A stretch of 63,824 nucleotides of DNA, filler included, from Thermoplasmatota archaeon (GTDB lineage Archaea; Thermoplasmatota; E2; JACPAO01; JAHFTW01), in the NCBI GenBank assembly GCA_041623215.1. It is 5 parts of 5 records of this genome, joined end to end, with 100 filler letters (N's around TTAATTAATTAA, not from the genome) between each part and the next. Parts side by side here need not be neighbours in the genome. Positions count along the whole stretch, not along the records: positions 55,107 to 63,824 come from JBFJXH010000069.1; 4 more parts are not named here. One strand, written 5' to 3'. Made by a program: the position numbers and the translations under genes. Positions 59,719-63,824 of the stretch are shown one piece after another (position 1 is the first letter of the stretch; each line of letters begins with the position of its first letter). The notes beneath the pieces were generated by a model that searched no databases, had not been told where the DNA came from, and saw only the letters and a list, made by a program, of their open reading frames with translations.

Positions 59719-60542
59719 TGGTAGGTCACCGTTAGCGTGTAAGCTGTTTCCGCGCCCTCGTAGAGTCGAACGCGCGCCGTCCACGTTCCTTGCTTCGCTA
59801 GGTCCGCCGGCAGGACGGCGTCGATGATTTCCGGATTGTCAAGCGTGGCACCACTCGCCACCAATTCGCCGTCGGGTGCATACAGGAACAGGTCTAGGTC
59901 AGCTGCCACGACGGGGGGGCCATCCCACGACAATGTGAGTCGCATGCTTTGCAGGGGCACAGGAACCTCGAAGGTGTGGTTGCGGTTCGCCTCGGGATGA
60001 ATCTGCAGGCCATCGAACGACGGCCCCGACACGCTACCATCGAGGCTGAAATTCTCTCCAGGGTAGGGTAACGGGGCCACCAGCGCGAAGGCCGTGACAT
60101 TGTGGCCTTGAACGTTGAGCCATGCCGTCACGTTCAGGCTCGCGGCCCGAATGTACGTGTGGCTGACGACTGCGGGCAACGTGAATCCCGTCGCGTCGTC
60201 CGCGCCGTCACCATCCAAGTCGAGGCCCCACCGCAAGTCGTCTGAGGTTAGATTCATCCCTGTGAGGCGGAAACTGGCATCCCAAGGCACAGGCTGTCCC
60301 GGCGCGGAAGGGGTGAGCAGCAATTCCATGGGGCCAGGGCCCGTGGATTCCTGTTGTTGCGTCGTTCCAGGCGACCCGGAAGCATCGGAGTCGTCAAGGA
60401 CGATTTCTCGGGGCGTGTTGGTACGCACGGGGGCCGGTTCGGCCGCAACAATACCGCCTGCCTGCTCCGTTGGCAGGTGGGTGCCGTCGTGGCAGCCGGC
60501 CAAGGCGACGGCAGCGACCAGGACGATGGGCAGGAATCTCAT
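59715..60542 (-). CDS. Lipoprotein with PKD-like and PPC-like domains
   Basis: Lipobox LAGC; W.LD.DGDG; L.W....DLDLFLYAPDG...S....NPE; ATGA overlap with downstream gene. Confidence 0.8.
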   Translation of the reverse strand: MRFLPIVLVAAVALAGCHDGTHLPTEQAGGIVAAEPAPVRTNTPREIVLDDSDASGSPGTTQQQESTGPGPMELLLTPSAPGQPVPWDASFRLTGMNLTSDDLRWGLDLDGDGADDATGFTLPAVVSHTYIRAASLNVTAWLNVQGHNVTAFALVAPLPYPGENFSLDGSVSGPSFDGLQIHPEANRNHTFEVPVPLQSMRLTLSWDGPPVVAADLDLFLYAPDGELVASGATLDNPEIIDAVLPADLAKQGTWTARVRLYEGAETAYTLTVTYQ

Positions 60543-60567
60543 GGCGCTTCCAGGAGGACTCCAAGGC

Positions 60568-60843
60568 TTAACCGTTGTTTTTGCTGGACTCCGGTGCCTC
60601 GGGGACATTCCCCGTGACCACGAGCGCGGTGTCAAGGAGTCGCACGGCGCCGCTGAGGGCGGCACGAAGCGTCGAGACGTCCGGCGCGGCGATGGTCAAT
60701 TCCAATGCCAATGGCTCGTGGGCGAGCTCTAGTGATGCGGTGCTGCCGGACGGCCCATCGGCTAATTCAACGCGGAGGGCCGCCATGGCGGCTTGCGCCG
60801 ATTCCAGGTCCGTGCAGGGGAGCTGGAGTCGGGCTTCGTGCAT
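60568..60843 (-). CDS. pcc1: KEOPS complex subunit Pcc1
   Basis: L.I.A.D...LRAA..G..RLL; follows rpoP. Confidence 0.85.
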   Translation of the reverse strand: MHEARLQLPCTDLESAQAAMAALRVELADGPSGSTASLELAHEPLALELTIAAPDVSTLRAALSGAVRLLDTALVVTGNVPEAPESSKNNG

Positions 60844-60852
60844 GCGAATCGA

Positions 60853-60990
60853 CTACTCGGTGCCGATGGCCTTGGCGACCGTCGGACGTTCCTTGTAGAA
60901 AATCTTGGACCCACAGTAGGGGCACCGAATCCCGATGTTCTGAGCGTCAAATTGGACGCGCTTCTTGCAGACGCCGCACTTGTAAGCCAT
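60853..60990 (-). CDS. rpoP: RNA polymerase subunit P (Rpo12), 45 aa, absent from ORF track
   Basis: MAYKCGVCKKRVQFDAQNIGIRCPYCGSKIFYKERPTVAKAIGTE. Confidence 0.95.
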   Translation of the reverse strand: MAYKCGVCKKRVQFDAQNIGIRCPYCGSKIFYKERPTVAKAIGTE

Positions 60991-60995
60991 GAAGC

Positions 60996-61349
60996 TCAGG
61001 CCTCGTCGTCTGCGTCAACATCGGCAGCGACATCCGCCACAGCTGCGACGGGGACAACCACGTCGTCAGCGCCACGGCTTAGTTTGTCCGTGATGCCACG
61101 AAGGGCCTTCTTGGCCGATTGGCCGCCACCCGTCTGGGGCGTGTAGGCGCCACCCGCGAAGGTGTGGTCGCACTTGCGGCATTGCCAGATGCCCGTGTGG
61201 ATGCGGCGCACCGCCTGGGCCCCGCAGGACGCACAGGTGTGCTTGGCGCGCTGAACGCGCTCGATGGTGGCCACTTGCTTACGGGCAAGGGCACTGTAAC
61301 GGGCACCGTAGCGGCCGGCGGCGCCGACCTTCTTCGTGGATGCAGCCAT
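60996..61349 (-). CDS. rpl37ae: 50S ribosomal protein L37Ae (eL43)
   Basis: AGRYGARY, CASCG...VRR..TGIWQCRKC...FAGGAY.P. Confidence 0.97.
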   Translation of the reverse strand: MAASTKKVGAAGRYGARYSALARKQVATIERVQRAKHTCASCGAQAVRRIHTGIWQCRKCDHTFAGGAYTPQTGGGQSAKKALRGITDKLSRGADDVVVPVAAVADVAADVDADDEA

Positions 61350-61420
61350 GGTTGGAGTCTCCTGTTTCCCGGTGCTGCCTGGGGCAGCCTGGGACGACGG
61401 AGCCGGCCACGGCGGCCTTC

Positions 61421-61475
61421 ATTTAAGGGTTTGGTGCGCGAAAAGGAGAAGGGGAAGAGGGCGGGAGAGGGGAAG
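61421..61475 (-). promoter_or_regulatory. Pyrimidine-rich terminator-like tract after rrp42 followed by TATA-like CTTAAAT for rpl37ae
   Basis: Minus strand CTTCCCCTCTCCCGCCCTCTTCCCCTTCTCCTTTT then AAACCCTTAAAT. Confidence 0.45.
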
Positions 61476-61514
61476 CGCCGCCGTCCGCAAGGGCGACGAC
61501 ACGCGGCGACCTAC

Positions 61515-62348
61515 CTAGGCGGTGACGGTCTGGCCAGCCTTGACGGCGGCCTCGACCTTCTCCATCACAGCCTGGCCCAACTCGTGTGCCGTGCGGCGGA
61601 ACGACTTGATTTCGTCCACGGTGAACGATCCGAAGCCACCCTTTTGGGCCGCCCGCAGAGCGCCCGAGCCATCAACACCAACAGTGGTGCGGGCATCGGC
61701 GACGAGTTCCTCGTACAAGCTGGGGTCCACGACAACCTTGTCGCCAATCTTGGCGAAGGTGGTGCTGAACGTGGCGTTGTCCACGCGCAGCGGCAGCGGA
61801 CGGCTTTCGCCGTCCTCAAAGACCACGCGGCCCGTCTTCGGGCATACAGGGGGCAGACGAGCGCCAAGCACGGCCGCGAGAGCAGCGATGCTGGCGGCGT
61901 CGAACAGGTTGCCATCATAGTCGAGAACGTGCAAATCGACGAAGACGCCCCAGACCGCTTGGCCCGGTTCGATGCAGAGAGCTTCCATGTCGATGACACC
62001 TGATTCTCGCAGGCTGCGGTCGGTGACACGAGCCAATTCGATGGCTTCGATGCGCGGGGGCCCCGGTTCGAAGTAGGGACTGGCCATCGGGCACAGTTCG
62101 CAACTGGTCATGAAGTTGCCACGATTGGGCGTGTCGTTGTACGGCGTGTCAACTTGGACTTTGACGCCGGCCAAGACTTGCGTCTTGCCGAGCTTCACCA
62201 ATGCACTGCCGTTGGCCTTGCCAATGTAGTCCGCCGTGATTTCGAGGTCACGCATGTCCATGAGACCTCGACCATCTTCCCGTTCGCCGTCAGCGAGCAG
62301 GTTGCGGATGAAGTCGCGCTTGATTGTGGATACTGGGTTCTGTTCCAT
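61515..62348 (-). CDS. rrp42: Exosome complex component Rrp42
   Basis: REDGR, ANGSALVKLGKT, FEPGPP...IELARV.DR..RES, LDYDGNLFDA. Confidence 0.96.
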   Translation of the reverse strand: MEQNPVSTIKRDFIRNLLADGEREDGRGLMDMRDLEITADYIGKANGSALVKLGKTQVLAGVKVQVDTPYNDTPNRGNFMTSCELCPMASPYFEPGPPRIEAIELARVTDRSLRESGVIDMEALCIEPGQAVWGVFVDLHVLDYDGNLFDAASIAALAAVLGARLPPVCPKTGRVVFEDGESRPLPLRVDNATFSTTFAKIGDKVVVDPSLYEELVADARTTVGVDGSGALRAAQKGGFGSFTVDEIKSFRRTAHELGQAVMEKVEAAVKAGQTVTA

Positions 62349-63289
62349 CAGTTGTCACCTCCCTTGCGGCCGCCTCGACCACCACGGCCACCGCGACCGC
62401 CGCCTCGACCACCACGGCCACCGCGACCGCCGCCTCGACCACCACGGCCGCCACGGCCACCGCGGTCGTCACGACCACGACTGGGGCCCGCGCGGGATTG
62501 CTGATCGTTAGCGCTGCCGCCTTCGGACGCCATGCTCGCTGCGGCTCGCTCGTCAAGCTTGTCGAGGTCCGCTTCGAAGCGGCGCTTGAGCGCTTCGCGT
62601 TGGAAGGCAACCACTTGTTCGCAGCCGAGGACCGCGAGGTCCATGGCTTCGTCGAACTCCTCCGGCGAAAGGTGGCCATCCATTTGCAGGAGTACCACTT
62701 CGCCGGTGGTGTGGTTGATGGCAATGGGCAAGTCAGCTTCGCCGAAGTTGTCCTCTTCCTTGCCTAGGTCAAGAATGACCTTGCCACCCGCCTTGCCGGC
62801 GGCGACAGCAGAGACGAGGCCCTTCATGGGTACGCCTGCATCGGCTAGCGCGACGGTGGCGGCCGTGAGTGCCGCGCACCGGGTACCGGCGGCAGCTTCG
62901 AGAATCTCCATGTTGATTTCGAACATGGCGCGAGGGTACTGGTCGGTCAAGATGACATTCTCGAATGCGTCACTGATGACCTTGCTGATTTCTTGGCTGC
63001 GGCGGTCAGGGCCGGGGCGCTTGCGGTCGTCAACGCTGAAGGCCGCCATGTTGTAGCGGGCGCGCACAACCGCCTTGGTGGCGTCCTGGATGCGGCGCGG
63101 CAGCGCCTCCTTGGGCCCATACACGGCGCACAGCACCTTGTTGCCGCCCCATTCGAGGTAGCTGGAGCCATCGGCACGGTGCAAGACACCTGCTTCGATG
63201 TGGATTGGTCGGATTTCGTCTGCTTTGCGGCCATCCATTCGGATGCCCTTCTTGTCAATGAGTGTAATCTCTTCGTTTGGTGTTCCCAT
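62348..63289 (-). CDS. rrp41: Exosome complex exonuclease Rrp41 with RGG-repeat C-terminal tail
   Basis: RMDGR, ADGS.Y.EWG.NK, VYGP.E, RRSQEISKVI, AGTR, DL...ED..GEADLP; tail (RGG)n. Confidence 0.97.
   Translation of the reverse strand: MGTPNEEITLIDKKGIRMDGRKADEIRPIHIEAGVLHRADGSSYLEWGGNKVLCAVYGPKEALPRRIQDATKAVVRARYNMAAFSVDDRKRPGPDRRSQEISKVISDAFENVILTDQYPRAMFEINMEILEAAAGTRCAALTAATVALADAGVPMKGLVSAVAAGKAGGKVILDLGKEEDNFGEADLPIAINHTTGEVVLLQMDGHLSPEEFDEAMDLAVLGCEQVVAFQREALKRRFEADLDKLDERAAASMASEGGSANDQQSRAGPSRGRDDRGGRGGRGGRGGGRGGRGGRGGGRGGRGGRGGRKGGDN
62371..62449. repeat. 30-bp tandem repeat (~2.6 copies) encoding the Rrp41 RGG tail
   Basis: CGCCTCGACCACCACGGCCACCGCGACCGC at 62371-62400 and 62401-62430, partial third copy. 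Confidence 0.9.
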
Positions 63290-63290
63290 G

Positions 63291-63824
63291 TTATTCCTCC
63301 TCGTCGTGGGGGATGCTGGCGTCAACGCCTCCGGGGCGCTCGCTTTCCAGCCATTCTTTCATGCGTTCCGTGAGGCCAGGGATGTGGGCCTCGTCACAAA
63401 TCTTGGTGAAGGCGCGCTTGGCCAACTCTACTTCGGCTGGCTCACCATTGATCCAGATGCGACCATTTTGACCGACGAAGAACCACGCCTCGACGTAGCC
63501 CTTCACCAAGTTCAGCATGGAGCCTTTCTTGCCAATGACGCGGGCCACCTTTACCGGCGGAATCTCGATGATGGTCCCGCCTTCGAGCTTGTTCAAGCTG
63601 CGGTCCTTGAGGGTCACTTGGACCTTCTTTTGCTCATCGACAAACAGCACCTTGCAAAGGACCGCGTCGCCTGGGCGCAGGTAACTGGCCGTTTCGCCGA
63701 AGTCGACACGCCATGGCGCCTCGCTCACGTGCAGCGGACAAAGCCAAGGGGCGCGGATGTTGATAATCCAGTTGCCAGGATTGGCTTCCGTAACAGTGCC
63801 GACGCACAGGTCACCCATGCGCGG
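63291..63824 (-). CDS. rrp4: Exosome RNA-binding subunit Rrp4 (5'-truncated by window edge)
   Basis: S1 + KH domains: KVARVIGKKGSM, VGQNGRIWI, EAH..GLT. Confidence 0.95.
   Translation of the reverse strand, partial: PRMGDLCVGTVTEANPGNWIINIRAPWLCPLHVSEAPWRVDFGETASYLRPGDAVLCKVLFVDEQKKVQVTLKDRSLNKLEGGTIIEIPPVKVARVIGKKGSMLNLVKGYVEAWFFVGQNGRIWINGEPAEVELAKRAFTKICDEAHIPGLTERMKEWLESERPGGVDASIPHDEEE

Noticed and set aside
62371..62449. 30-bp direct repeats as a possible CRISPR array
   Set aside because: No spacers, in-frame within rrp41, encodes RGG repeats, no cas genes

Overview
High-GC archaeal DNA, most consistent with an uncultured Thermoplasmatota lineage (inference from A-type ATPase atpH-atpI, archaeal RPA/DnaG/exosome/RpoP/CarS together with DNA gyrase and SMC-ScpAB). 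The window is five contigs joined by artificial 100-nt linkers (N44-TTAATTAATTAA-N44 at 13842, 27768, 41409, 55007), so adjacency across linkers means nothing. Content is mostly housekeeping: malic enzyme, RPA/RPA-associated pair, ZPR1, tRNA-Ser(GCT)/tRNA-Leu(GAG), smc-scpA-scpB-gyrB-gyrA, methylmalonyl-CoA mutase pathway genes, cdc6, polB, metK, dnaG, pyrE-purD-GPN and the exosome superoperon. There are also many secreted or surface-anchored proteins and a bacterial-type glycosyltransferase/ABC/kinase cluster. No CRISPR array, rRNA or mobile element was seen. The strongest leads are: (1) a gyrase locus with a perfect 30-bp alternating pyrimidine-purine (Z-DNA-prone) tract running from the TATA box to the gyrB start, plus an unannotated 51-aa zinc-finger microprotein translationally coupled between gyrB and gyrA, together a candidate supercoiling-feedback system; (2) a ~160-nt multi-stem structured RNA immediately upstream of dnaG; (3) a PCNA-binding PolB with a non-canonical dNTP-binding motif, coupled to DUF5655 and followed by an EVE gene; (4) an RGG-repeat tail on exosome subunit Rrp41. 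All family assignments come from motif recognition by eye, not database searches.
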